Shown here piece after piece: positions 42,735 through 55,083 of a stretch of 64,000 nt of DNA (the first letter of the stretch is position 1; every line of letters begins with the position of its first letter). The notes beneath the pieces were generated by a model. That model saw only the letters and a program-made list of their open reading frames with translations, ran no database searches and was not told where the DNA came from. Source of the DNA: Naegleria gruberi (taxonomy: Eukaryota); NCBI GenBank assembly GCA_000004985.1, contig GG738870.1; one strand, written 5' to 3'. Both the position numbers and the translations under genes were made by a program.

Positions 42735-45700
42735 TTAATGTTTTTGTGCTTGATTTAATTTTTCTTCTAATTTTTCAATAATGTCAATCATATCTTCATT
42801 ATCTTGTTCAAGTTCTTGTATTCTCTTTTCTTGATCTGATGTTGTTTTTTGTTGTTTAGCAAGTGCTTCTTGTGCAGTAATTTGTTGTTGTTGAGCTTGT
42901 TGTAAATTGAGTGTTAATTGTGCAATATATTGTTTCAAATTTTCATTCTCAGTAAATAGTGTTGAAATTTGATTATCTTTAACCATTGTTTGATTTCTCA
43001 TATTATTAATATCATTATCCATATTCTTAATAATTACTTCCTTATGATCAATATCTTTTAGAATATTTTCAATATCTTCATCTTTTTGTTTTAGTTGCAT
43101 TTGAATATTTGTCAATTGTTCTTGTTGAATATTATTCTTGAATTGTTTTTCTTTTGTTTCATGTTCGAGATTTTCGTGAAGAGTTCTTAATTGTGATTCA
43201 AGTCCTTCTATATTTGATTTATATTCCTTAATCTTTTGTTGAGAATGTGTTAAATCTCTTTCTAATTGTTGACTTGTTTCTAATAATTTTGATTTTTCTT
43301 CTTCAATTGTTTCAAGTCTTGAAGAGAGATCAGTGATTCTTGTTTTTAATCTTTGATTTTCAGTTGAGAGATTTTGAACTTGATTTTGGAAAGATTCATT
43401 GGTTTCATTAATTTCACTTTGAGCATTTTCCTTTTCAACTCTAAGTTTTTGAATTTCTTCATCCGCAATTCTTAATTTTTCTTTACAGTCTTTCAATAAA
43501 ATTTCTCTCTTTTCAATTTCTTGATTCTTCTCGATTATGATTTTTTGTTTTTCTTCTTCTTGAAGTTTCTTATTATTCTTTTCAAGTTCTTTCAAAAGAG
43601 TATTTTCTTGATTGTTTTCAATGTTTGAAAATTCTGGACTTGATAAAAATGTTAAAATATTACTCATAGATGATGTAATTAATGAGACAAATTCAAGATC
43701 AACTGGTAATACTTCAATCGGTCTTGTTTCTTGAATATCAAGTGATTCATAATTTAATTTAGGTTGATTGGCTGCCTTACTAATCATTTCACTTTGTCTC
43801 AAAATATCGAACCTTTCTCTAATTCTTTGTAATCCTACACGACGAATGAATAAATCAATAAGAGATAATCTATTGAAAGTAATTATTAATGATAGCGGAA
43901 AGAATACTTACTTTGAGAATTTTCCAACAGGTGAAAGTGTAAGGTTATCTTCTTCTGAACTATAGTTTGATATTAACTTGGATGGATCCTCATATTCAAC
44001 GCAAACAAGTCCCAAAAGCATACAACAGAGAGATTGAACAATTGGGCTTGAATTGAGTCCTTGAGAAGAATTAATCACTTCAATGAACTATATTGAATAA
44101 TAAGTGTTGTTTCATGAATATATTTGATTGATTAAACACATATTGGAGAACTAAACTTACAAATAAAAGAGTAGAATAACTGTGTTCCATAAACTTTTTA
44201 GCAGATGAAGAACTACCATTAATCCATTCACATAATAATCTCAGCAGGGCAATCGTATAGTAATCTTGAATACGTGCCTTAATTGCATAAACAATAGCAT
44301 TAACTAAACAGGTAAAGAATGGTTTTGGCTGAGCTCCAGTTTGTGCATCATATGGAATTTCCAAAAGAATTTCTTTACATTTGGTACTTTGTCTAATAAT
44401 TGAACTTAAAATTGAAACAGCATGAACACATTCTAAAATGTGATATTTTGGTTTTTCAAGAGAGAATAAAGCATCAGATAGAATAATACCACACAACATA
44501 TTCTCCTCCAGTGAAGATGAAATGAATGTTGGTGCTTTAACTGTTGAAGCAATCAATAATTGACCTTCCTTATTATTATGTAAAAATCTTCTAAGAGTAG
44601 AATAGGATAATTGTCTTCTGTATTCATTTTCAGAATAGAGAATAATTTTACAAAGTCTAATAATTGCAGATTCTTCAGATAATAGAGCATGAACAACACC
44701 ATTACCACTTGAACCTGAAGATACTGCCTTTGATACACCATTAAACATTAATGTTTTACCTTGTTGAGGTACATTAATAACATTATTTGGATATTGGAAT
44801 GTGTAGGATTCCATAATTTCTTGAGCAGGTCTATTGTTAAATAGCAAATGACCCAATAAGAAAATAGATTTCATATTAATATCATACATTATAGTTCTAA
44901 TAAGTTCTGGAATTGAAAAATCTGATTCTGATGTTAAAATTGAAGAAAATGTATAATCAAATGAAAGTCTTAATATTGGAATAAGAATATTAGAGTTTGA
45001 ATTATTTACAAACTTTGTACCTCCCTTTCCAGAAGAGACGTTACAAATAATTTCCTTAACAGGTTCTTTTGTTGATTTCATTAATTCTAATAAAATATCC
45101 AATACTTGTGACATGATTTCTAATTGCTTCTCGCTGTTAGCAATTTTTTTAAAATCCTTTTCTTCTTCCTGTTCATTGTGGGATGATAATTTTGTTGGTT
45201 GATGATTCATTGAATTTTCATCTTCATTGAGATGTGAAGATAATGTCTCTGATCCACCACCCGAGACCAAAGTCATGGCAACACCAGCAAAAGCTTGAAG
45301 AAAACCAACTTTACCATTTTCTGAATCGGAATGTTTCTTAACTGCTAAATGTTTTTTAATAGCCTCTGGAATTAATAAAAGAGGATGTAAATAGGTCATT
45401 CCTCCATTTTGTAGCATTAAAAATTGTTTTCTATTCAATTCATTATTTTGTAATAGATAGTGAATAATAACTAGACAATCTAATACAATAATTCCTCCTT
45501 GATTGCCACCTTCTTGAAGAATAATTCCAAATAAAATATCAAAAATTCCTTCAAATACTAAAATTTTCTTCAACTCTGAAGTATTTAATGACTCTTCAAC
45601 ACTAATACTTTCAACTAGTTTTTTCAGGAAAATAATTCCTTCATTCCTCAAAGCACCATAACTATTAAAAACTGAAATGATTAAAGGAATTGCAGCTTCT

Positions 45701-46320
45701 CTCAAGATACAATCCTGAACTACTTGAGGATTAAACTTTAAAAGACTTGTTAAAATTTGTATTGAATGAAATCTAATATGAGAATTATTCTCATTTAAAA
45801 GTGATAATATAATAGTTACATAGGTTGGTTTTTGGGTCAGCGCGTCAAGATAAATTTGCCCATAATGTCCTAATTGAGTTAAATTAGAAACAATAGTTAA
45901 ATATTCCATTGTTGATGATTCATTTTCATTTTGATTAATAATATTAAATAATTTAGGTAAAATTGTTTTAAATTCTCTATGATTTCCATTACTTTCGTAA
46001 TCTCTAGATGATAATTCAATTAAACTTTCTAGAGCATCTATTTTATCATCGAGAAGAGATGAAGTTTCAATTCTATGAAAAAGATCCGATACGTTCAATT
46101 CAATTTGTTTTGGTGTTCTGCGAGAAGTTTGTTCAAAATTTTGTTGTTGTTGTTGACCAACGATTGTGGTTGAATTATTATCAACCCTACTACTATTAAT
46201 GATTGATTGTGATTGTATAGTTGGAGATGATTCGTCCGATGATCCTTGTTGTTGTTGTAATATTGGTGCTTCTTCACTACCACTCCCTCCCAGATAGTTT
46301 TGGAATATCCAAGACGCCAT
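42735..46320 (-). CDS. USO1: general vesicular transport factor p115/Uso1 homolog; exons 46320..44161, 44087..43912 and 43824..42735
   Basis: Armadillo-like head collinear with p115 (HRIETSSLLDDKIDALESL; HIRFHSIQILTSLLKFNPQVVQDCIL vs HVRWPGVKLLTSLLKQLGPQVQQIIL; GNQGGIIVLDCLVIIHYLLQNNELNRKQF vs NSDGGIVVEDCLILLQNLLKNNNSNQNFF). GTAAGT directly after ...STLLF. Middle exon encodes SLCCMLLGLVCVEYEDPS (p115 GLCALLLGISIYFNDNS). Third exon encodes KIRERFDILRQSEMISK (p115 RIGKENFIEKLGFISK) followed by a 350-aa coiled coil. Confidence 0.7.
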
Positions 46321-46872
46321 TTTTTTATTTTTTTAATTAAAATTCTATTTTTTGATTCAGCAACAACACATCTATGTCACGATCTGAGGTATGAGTCTCA
46401 TTCAATTCATTCGATAAAGTAGTAACATTTTCAATTAATCCACCACTAAATGTTAATTTGCTCCACTACAACCCTTTCAACACCATTGTTTAACAACCCA
46501 GAATAAAGACTTCAATTAGACAATAGACCAAACACAAACAGCCAACTACCCAATGCGATAAGAAAACAATAACCACTACAATACGATTTTGTAAACTAAA
46601 TCCAAGCATTAATTGGATGCCGAACGAAATTAAACCAAGCAAGCAAGGAAGTGTTATACATCAAAGCAGGTAATTACCATTAGCCATTCATTGCAATGAA
46701 TCGAATAGAAAACCACTAGCCATCAACCTTTATTTCCACCACCAACAGTGCTCATACTAAAACAACCAAAGCCTTGATAAACATTATGATATTCCAAATA
46801 AATATATATATAAAGTATATAAATATTGTAAAATTAAAAAAGATTAATAATACTCATACTAATAGTAATAAA

Positions 46873-47713
46873 TTATCTTCTAGGTGAATAATTTGGTGAT
46901 CTATCAGAATTTCCATAAGGTTCATATCTTCTTCCAACATGTTTTGGTGGTCTTCTTTCTCTTCCACTATCTCCTCCTCTTCTATCGTCTCTACGATAAT
47001 CATCTCTGTCATCTCTTCTATCATCATATCTATCATATGAATCTCTTCTATCATCTCTACGATAATCATCCCTTCTATCATCTCTTCTATCGTATCTATC
47101 ATAATCATCTCTTCTATCATAATCGTCATCATCATATCTACTATATCTTCGAGGTGGTGATCTGTATCTACGTGGAGGTGGTGATCTTCTTCTATTGTCT
47201 CCTCCTCTAGAAGATCCTCCTCTTCTTTGTTTTCTTCCATAGTCATAATCTAACTTGATTGTTCTTTCTCCAATTTTATAATCTTTTAACTTTTCAAAAG
47301 CATCTTCGGAATCTCTTAAAATTTCGTATTCAACAAAACAATAAGCATATCCACTTTCTTTCTTCTTTTTATCCATAGAACACATTGCTACTCTGATAAT
47401 TGGACCAAATTTATCAAAGATTTCACGAATTTGTTCCTCTGATGTTTCATAAGGAATATTTCCAACAAATAATGTTCTACTTGTACCTCTACGATCTCTA
47501 ATAAATTTTTTTCATATCATGATGATTAATTATTATTATTATTAACAAAATTTACCTTACATCACGCTCATCCCTACGATCATTTGATTGTTTGGAATCA
47601 TTGTTAGAATTATTGTTATCGTTTGATGGTTCATTTGATGGTGAACCGTTATTATTGTTGTTGTTATTTGAAGCGGATTCTTCTTCAAAGTGAATTTCTG
47701 TGGTTGTACTCAT
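46873..47713 (-). CDS. NCBP2: nuclear cap-binding protein subunit 2 (CBP20) homolog with a long RD/RY/RDD dipeptide-repeat tail; exons 47713..47556 and 47497..46873
   Basis: RRM TLFVGNIPYETSEEQIREIFDKFGPIIRVAMCSMDKKKKESGYAYCFVEYEILRDSEDAFEKLKDYKIGERTIKLDYDYG is collinear with human CBP20 ([79 protein letters not shown]). 58-nt intron (GTAAAT donor). About 100-aa RRDDYDRYDRRDD... tail. Confidence 0.7.
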
Positions 47714-47926
47714 TTTTTTTTGAAGTTTACATTAATTGTCTTTCTATTATTGATTGTAATAGAATGTTGTATTATTAGATCAAGAAATAATTTTCTTTCA
47801 TTTAATAAGAATTGGTTCTAAACATTCTACAATTTAATGTGTTTGAAAATTTCAGAGTTAAGAATATATTGATTTTTAAAACCATTCAATTTTTTACCGC
47901 CAATTGTAGTTTTTCCCTCCAAAAAA

Positions 47927-50207
47927 ATGTCTTCGGATCTACAAACAAAACTTGATATTCTCAAAACGAGTAGTGTCTCTTCGAATTGTTTGAAACTTTT
48001 CCCTGTAGGAAAGAAGAGAACTCAAAGGGTCTGTGTTGGTGATAATGAAGGTGTAACCCAAGCATTTGCAATTAAGAAAGGATCTGTAAATGTATGTGTT
48101 GTATATTGAAATTAATTTCTTAAACTTGCAATAGACATCATTCAAAACGCTTGCTCAAGGAAAACCAATCAAAGGAGTCGAATTACATAAGAGTCGTGTT
48201 TTTTATGCTTGTGGACAAACAGTCAGAGGAGTTTCAAAGAAAGGAAAGGAATTTTATAGATTGGACAGTAATATTTCAGAAGATGCAACAGGAATGGCTG
48301 TAAGAGTTCCGAGCCTATGGTTAAGTGGTAATTATATTTTGTATCACTATGTAGATTCTGTTGAAAAGGGATTTTTCATGTCCCCTGATAGAATTAATAC
48401 AAGTGCACCTCATTTTGACTCTAATGATCCAGGTAATGATAAGGTTTTCGTTGGGTGTCAAGATAGAAAAATAAGAATTGTTAGAAACACTGATTGTGAT
48501 GGACATATTAGCACCGAAGGTGGTGTAACATCACTTCTAGTTAATGAAGAACAAAAAACTGTTTATTATGGAACGGAATCAGGTCATGTTGTTGCAATGC
48601 AAATGCAAGGAAATGATTCTAGCGCAAAATGGAAAATTGATTCAGAAAAATCTGGTGTAAATGAAATGATGTTGTATGATATTAATGGAGATGGAAAGGA
48701 TGAGATAATTATTGCAAGAAATGATGGTTCTTTGGAGATTTATTCATTCCTTAGTGGAAATGAACCAACAAGAATATTGAAAAGATCTCTTGATGAAAGT
48801 ATTACCTGTGTTCAAGCTGGTAAGCTTATTTCACCAGAGTTTGATGATATTTTGGTTTCAACTTTCAGTGGAAGATTAATTGCCTTTACAAACCATCAAT
48901 ACAATTCTACAAGCACTCCAACTTCAACATTTGGATTTTTGGACGATAAGAAGAAGGTTGTTGGGTTGTCAAAAACAGAAAGAATTTCAAATCTCCAGAA
49001 AGAATTGGAAGGATTAGAGGATAAGTTAGCAAAAGTCAAGGTTAACTATTCTAAATTATCTTCAGAAATTGTTGCTGTGCATTGTCAATACGAAACAAAA
49101 GCTTCATTCATTCTTGATACAAAAGAAGCTTTTTATAGGTTGAATGTAGAGTCAGATGTACATTTAGAAATGGTTATTATAAGATCAGAAATAGCACTAG
49201 ATTTATTAGATTCTTCCGGAGACAACAATGTAGTAGTTAGTAATATTACTGTCGATGAAAAGAAGGATGGTAGCAGCAAATTCATTGCGTCATTCAGATT
49301 TACTGATAATTGTAAGAGGATTGAAATTCTGTTGAGAACTTATGAAGGAAAATACGGAGCTATTGAGGCTTACACTATTCCTAAATTGAATCCAAAGATT
49401 TCAAAGATTCACCAATTCCATGTCAAACCACTCTCATTGCATGAAAGAATGGATGATGAGAAGGCAAAAACATTTATTCAAAATAGACCTTTGAACAAAT
49501 TGACTGTTTCAGGTTCTTTCACTCTTTCAGAGGTGCATTCTTGGATTGGGTTGTGTGTTGAAGGAATTCCTGACAAGTAAGTTTTAATACTCTTTAATTT
49601 ATTAACTTTATGTCAAGAGTATCTGACGATGAAGTTGTGTATTATTTCCATTCAACATTCCAAGAAACATGTCTAGTCATTAGATTGAAACGTGGTGAAG
49701 CTGTTGTTGAATCTGATAACATTACTGCAATTTCAGTTGTTGAAGAAGTTGTTACAAAGGCAGCCACTGATAGAAAGACTAAAGTTAATATCAGTTTTGG
49801 TATGTATTTAAATCATTGAGTTCTAATTCAATTTTAAAGATATTAACGATTCCTCTTTCGAATATGTACTGAATTTATTGTATCCTAAGGTTGAATATCA
49901 ACTTTCATTGAGTGAAAAAGTTAAACTTATTGATGCTTTGAAAGAAATTCAATTACAAGAAGAAGATGTATCTTTCCTCTCAAAAGAATTTAAAGCAATT
50001 TTAGAAGAGGCTGATCAATTACTTGAAGATTCTAAATATCAAACAAAGAGATTAGACTTTTTAAATGAAATTCTCATTAGATTATTCTTGGATTGTATTA
50101 AATTTAAGAGAAAGAATGCTCAAGTCTATCTTCCATCATTTAAACAATTACTGGAGAGTAGAAAGTACACTCTAGAATCAATTGTTAAATCCTTCAAACA
50201 ATTTTAA
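47927..50207 (+). CDS. BBS7: Bardet-Biedl syndrome protein 7 (BBSome subunit) homolog; exons 47927..48091, 48135..49576, 49618..49799 and 49840..50207
   Basis: Near-collinear with human BBS7. N-terminus KLFPVGKKRTQRVCVGDNEGVTQAF vs [37 protein letters not shown], EIYSF...EPTRIL. C-terminus YPKVEYQLSLSEKVKLIDALKEIQ vs [24 protein letters not shown]. Three introns of 41-43 nt (GTATGT/GTAAGT donors) place every junction at the conserved position. Confidence 0.8.
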
Positions 50208-50266
50208 ATAAAATAAGACTGTTAAGTTTTTGTTTGGCGCCAAAATTTAAAATCTAATCAAAAAAA

Positions 50267-52432
50267 ATGAAAGAAAAGATTAAAGACTTGTTCGGAAAAA
50301 AGGATGGTGTTGAAAATATTAAAGAACACATCCAGGATGGTATGTTTTGAAAGTAATAGTAGTAGTAGTTACTATTGTTTTATTGAAATGATATAAATTA
50401 TGCGGAATATGATGAATGATTTATATCATTGAAAAAACCTCTCTCTAATCATTTAATAATAACATGAATAACATTATTTGGAATATATTATTTGGATGTA
50501 TTTAATCAATTTTATTTAGAAATTGAAGATAGTGATGATGAAGGTGTTGAAATTGAAGAAATTTATAAAAAGAAGAGAACCTATTATGAAGTATTGGGTA
50601 TTAAAAAGACAGCAACACAAAAAGAGATTACAGATGCGTTTAGAAAAAAGTCTAGAAAATGCCATCCAGATGTTCAAAGATTAACTCCCGAACAAAAGAA
50701 GATTTTCAAACCAAAAGAATTGGAAGAATATTTTGAAGAAAAACAAAAACAACTTAATGAAGCCTATGAAGTACTTTCAAATGAAAGAAAAAGGGCACAA
50801 TATGATGTACTAGGAAAATGTATTACTTCGCTTGTATTAGTTGATGATTCTGAAAATGTAAATTTTCAAGAATTAAAAGAAAGATATAAGAATTACAAAA
50901 GAGAACAACGTAAAATTCATCGTGATACAAAAACTCAAGGAAGTAGTTCTGCAACACTAGGTGTAGATTTAGCTGGAATGTTTTTAAGTGAAGAGGAATC
51001 TGAACAAATTGTTGAAGAGGATGGTAAAACATATCGTGTCATTATTCCAAAAGTTTCATTTACAAATTCTTCATTTTCACAATCATTCCAAACACCAATT
51101 ACAAAATTAGATACTGTTCTATTTCATGGAAATGCAAATTGTGATCAATTAGAATCAGAAAATGTTGCTCATACAATTGCTGTTCAATGGAGACATGTTA
51201 TGGATCCAACAAAGGAATCAACTCAAATGGATCTTGCAACTATTTATTCAAGTCAAAATCCAACTGATTTATCAATTGTTGCTTCTGGAAGTACAAAATT
51301 ATCAGAATTTAGTCAAGGTTCAATGCAATGGGTAGGTCAATTTAATGGTGTTAGTCCTACTGTTTTAAATTGGTTAACTGTTGCTGGGTTCCAAGTTGTT
51401 TATAAGAGACAATTATTTTCTGATAATACTTTAAGTGGATCAATACTTTTCAGTTTCCCTAGGGATAATAATGTTACATTTACGCTAGATAAGAGTTTTG
51501 TACATGATGGATCTTCAATTTCTTCAGAATTAAGAATTGGTGCTGCTAGTTCTCATATTTCATGTGAATTTAGAAGAAATTTACCTGAATGGTTACGAAA
51601 TGCAATTGTTAGATCAAAATCTGAAGAAGAAGAGGATGATATTGAATTAGTATCGGATTTAACACTGTCGACAACAGATTTTGTTAGTGAATATGATCTT
51701 GGATTTAATATACTTTTAGTTAAACCAGTTGCAGAGGATACAGAAATAGGTTTTGGAGTTGGAGCTAGTATTCAAGATGGTGTTAATATGAAATTTAATC
51801 TTAGACGATTCAGACATAATTTCAATGTACCAATTGCATTGACACATATTTTTGATTGGAAAATGTTATTATTTGCTACCATAACACCAATTGCTTGTTT
51901 CTCTCTTTTCAAATCATTTATTTTTGATCCAATTTCAAGTTATTGGAAGAAGAAGGATATTAAGAATCAACGTAAGACTGCCTTCCTTGCAACACAAGAA
52001 AAGAGACAAAAGGCACTTGCTGAATTGGAAAAGATTAGAGAACAAGCACTTCAATCAAGAAATGCAGAAGAAGAAGTTAATGGTTTAGTAATTATTAATG
52101 CTAAATATGGAGACTTGGAAGGTGATATCGATGAAGGTGAATATCCATCATGGATTGATCTTACTGATCAACTTCAATTCTTGGTTTCAAATTCTAAACT
52201 TTACTTGCCAGAATATAGCAAGTCAAGAATGGAAGGTTCTTTTGATCCTGCACCAGGTGTATCAAAAACTTTACTTGTTTGGTATAGATTTAATGGTAAA
52301 ACTCATAGAGTTGAAGTAGATGATGAGGAAGAATTGAGAATTCCAATTCTGGAAGATGTAATTGATAAGACTGAAGGTAAAGCTACTGCTAGTGCATCCT
52401 CATCAGATGATGAATATGAAAGTGATGAATGA
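50267..52432 (+). CDS. DNAJC11: DnaJ homolog subfamily C member 11-like (J domain plus C-terminal DUF3395); exons 50267..50339 and 50520..52432
   Basis: Exon 1 MKEKIKDLFGKKDGVENIKEHIQD. GTATGT at 50340, 180-nt intron, AG at 50518-50519. J domain YYEVLGI...CHPD...AYEVLSNERKRAQYD. C-terminal INAKYGDLEG...LQFLVSNSKLYLPEYSKSRMEGSFDPAPGVSKTLLVWYRFNGKTHRVEVDDEEELRIP matches the DNAJC11 DUF3395. Confidence 0.65.
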
Positions 52433-52500
52433 GAAGATTCATTTTAGTTGATTTGGTTAATAATTTATTTGAAGCAGCTATTTAAGAATGTGCTGATTCA

Positions 52501-54998
52501 TTATTCTCCACAATAAAATACTTTTTCACCATCAATAATACAGAAAGTTTGATCTTCCAAGTCTTTCAAAACCTTTTGTAATTGAGATTTTGGAAGTGAA
52601 GCATTCTCTCCTGCACATAATAAGGTTTCCATTTCTTCAATTGCAAATCCATTTTGTGCATTTTCGAAGATAGCCTTCTTGATGATTTCAATAGCTTCCT
52701 CTTCATCAATTGGTTCATTCTCAAATTCTTCTCTACCTCTCTTATTAGTGGTAGCAGTAGTACTCTCATCAGATTGTTCAGTATTGGTGAGGGTGAGTGG
52801 TTTCTTCTTTTTCTTTTTACTCTCACCTTCCACAGATGAAAGTTGAGCAAGAATAGCATCACTATTGGTATTATTTAAAAACCAAATAGAGTAATACATT
52901 AATTTGAAAGCAGATTCAACATCACTCTTAGTAATTTCTGTACCTAATCTCATTTTTGCATGTGCAGTTGATAATCTAATTAATGATTCTAATGTTCTAG
53001 CTGTGATTGGAAGTGTTTTTTGACCATTATTTGTTCTCAATTCTAAATATTTGATATGCATAAATTCTCTAGCTTCTTCAGTTAACCTTGGTGTTGTTTG
53101 TTTGGCATATTTAACATATTTCTTCAAGAATGAGAGAGGTATAATTAAGTGTTGATGTTTCTTGCTATAATCATCATTTTCATGAGATATCTTTTCAATT
53201 TCATTAAAGAATGAATTCATTTCATCAAGTTCAGTTAAATGTGTTTCAGTTGAAATACCAACTTTAGAGGTGTGATAATCTTGTGATTGTTGTCTGTGAA
53301 CATTTAAAACGTGACTACCAACTAATCTATCTTTCTCTCCATTTCTTTCATCTAAAAGAATGTAAATTAAATCAAAACGTGATAGTAATGAATCAGGTAA
53401 ACCAATATTTCTTTGAATTGATACTTGTCTATTATATTGACCATAAATAGGATTAGCAGCAGCTAAAACTGAACATCTTGCATTCAATGAACAGTGAACA
53501 CCTGCTTTTTGAATTGTAACAGTTTGTTGTTCCATAACTTCGTGCATTGCAGTTCTATCTTGATCTGACATTTTGTCAAATTCATCAACACAAACAATAC
53601 CACGATCTGCTAAAACCATTGCACCTGCTTGAAGGGATCTTTCACCTGTATCTCTATCAGCAACAACAGCAGCAGTTAAACCAACACCTGTTGATGCTCT
53701 ACCTGTTGTTGAAATTGCCAATGGAACTGATTTTAAAACAAATCTTAACATTTGTGATTTGGCAGTTGATGGATCACCAACAAGTAAAATATTAATATCA
53801 CCTCTAAGGTGAGTATTGGAAGTTGAAAAATTCTTTTCTACACCCCCTAGCATTTGTAAAAGTAAACTCTTCTTAATAAAATCATGTCCAAATATAGTTG
53901 GTGCCATTCCCCTAGATAAAATATCAAAAAGATCACTTCTCTTTGATAATTTTGTAATGTTAACAATTTCATTTTCTGAAAATTCTTCTTGTTGTGTTTG
54001 AAGTTCTCTGGTTACAATATGATTTACAATGAAAACCATTCTCATTTTGCTTGATAACTTAGTTTGACTTTGACCTGATGGTGGTAATGCTTTATAAACA
54101 CCATACATTGTAACACGATCACCTGGTTTAACTTTATCAACCAAATCATCTTCTACTATACATTCAACTGATCTTGGAAGTTGACCTGCAGGTGCATTCT
54201 CAGGTGCTTCTTGAATAAATAATGTTTGTGTATCACAAAATTGTGATAATCCAAATTCAGTCTCCAATACATTACCATTAGCATCTTGAAAATTTAAATT
54301 TGAAGCACCAGCTCCTAAATTTGCATCACTTGTAAAGTCTGTTTCATGAAATTTGTTAGTATCTGGACAATAATAAATAACTCTCATCACCTTTTCAATA
54401 ACAGATGAGCCTTTTTTTGAAAGATTAGAACAAATTAATGTTAATGTGATGTTGATGTTTTGTTGATGAGCAAGTGATAGTTGATAACATATTAAAGTGA
54501 AAGTTAATAGTGTTCGTGTGTGTTTGATAATTGTCATCATTATTAATTATTGTGATAAATAGAAGAAAACAAACATTTTGTTATAATTCCAGATAAACAA
54601 AGTAATTGATTTGCATAATTTGCTAATAAATGTCTCGGAGAAACATGATTATTATCACCCAATTCACCATCAAAGCCTAAATGAATTTCAGCATTAGGTG
54701 ATTCTTCAAAAAACTTTGGAAAATTAATATTAATATATTCATGGAGTGCAATTTCAAAATCATATAAATAATTGAGAGGTTGTTGTTGTATTTGTTGTGA
54801 ACTTCGATGATCAAAATTTCTAAAGTCATTCATGTTAATTATTAATCGATTAATACCGGAATCACTTGAAGTACCACCATAATTACTACTACTACTACTA
54901 GCTATATTGTTTGACACAATTTCTGATAGTTTATCATGATACTTTCTATTGGAGAGCAGAAAGTTTTTAAATAAACTCTGATTGTGTTGTGATTGCAT
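52501..54998 (-). CDS. MCM7: DNA replication licensing factor MCM7 homolog; exons 54998..54575 and 54410..52501
   Basis: The N-terminal ORF 54543..54998 ends ...SPRHLLANYANQLLCLSGIITK. GTTTGT donor (revcomp of ACAAAC at 54569-54574), 164-nt intron, acceptor at 54411-54412, giving ...GIITK|CSSVIEKVMRVIYYCPD. AAA+ core [85 protein letters not shown]. Closest to MCM7 ([18 protein letters not shown]...[21 protein letters not shown]). The first 45 aa of the listed 679-aa ORF are intronic read-through. Confidence 0.65.
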
Positions 54999-55083
54999 TT
55001 TTTTTTAAAGTTTTATGTGTTTGGTTTAACGGTTAGTTTAATATTTTCGCGCCAAATTTTAATTAATATTCAACTACAAAAAA

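Noticed and set aside
44080-44160. Read-through extension LLFVSLVLQYVFNQSNIFMKQHLLFNIVH at the end of ORF 44080..46320
   Set aside because: It superficially resembles the p115 LLLGISIYFNDNS segment. A GTAAGT donor directly after LLF and an in-frame acceptor give a much better match (SLCCMLLGLVCVEYEDPS) and a continuous gene, so the read-through is treated as intronic.
46854-47246. ORFs 46854..47246 (minus) and 46884..47210 (plus) with EEMIE/HLFY periodic sequences
   Set aside because: Frame-shifted and antisense readings of the RD/RY triplet-repeat tail of CBP20. Artefacts of the repeat.
54411-54540. N-terminal 45 residues (MMTIIKHTRTLLTFTLICYQ...) of the listed 679-aa MCM ORF
   Set aside because: Non-protein-like composition. 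The region lies between a GTTTGT donor and an AG acceptor that join the true upstream exon (54575..54998) in frame.
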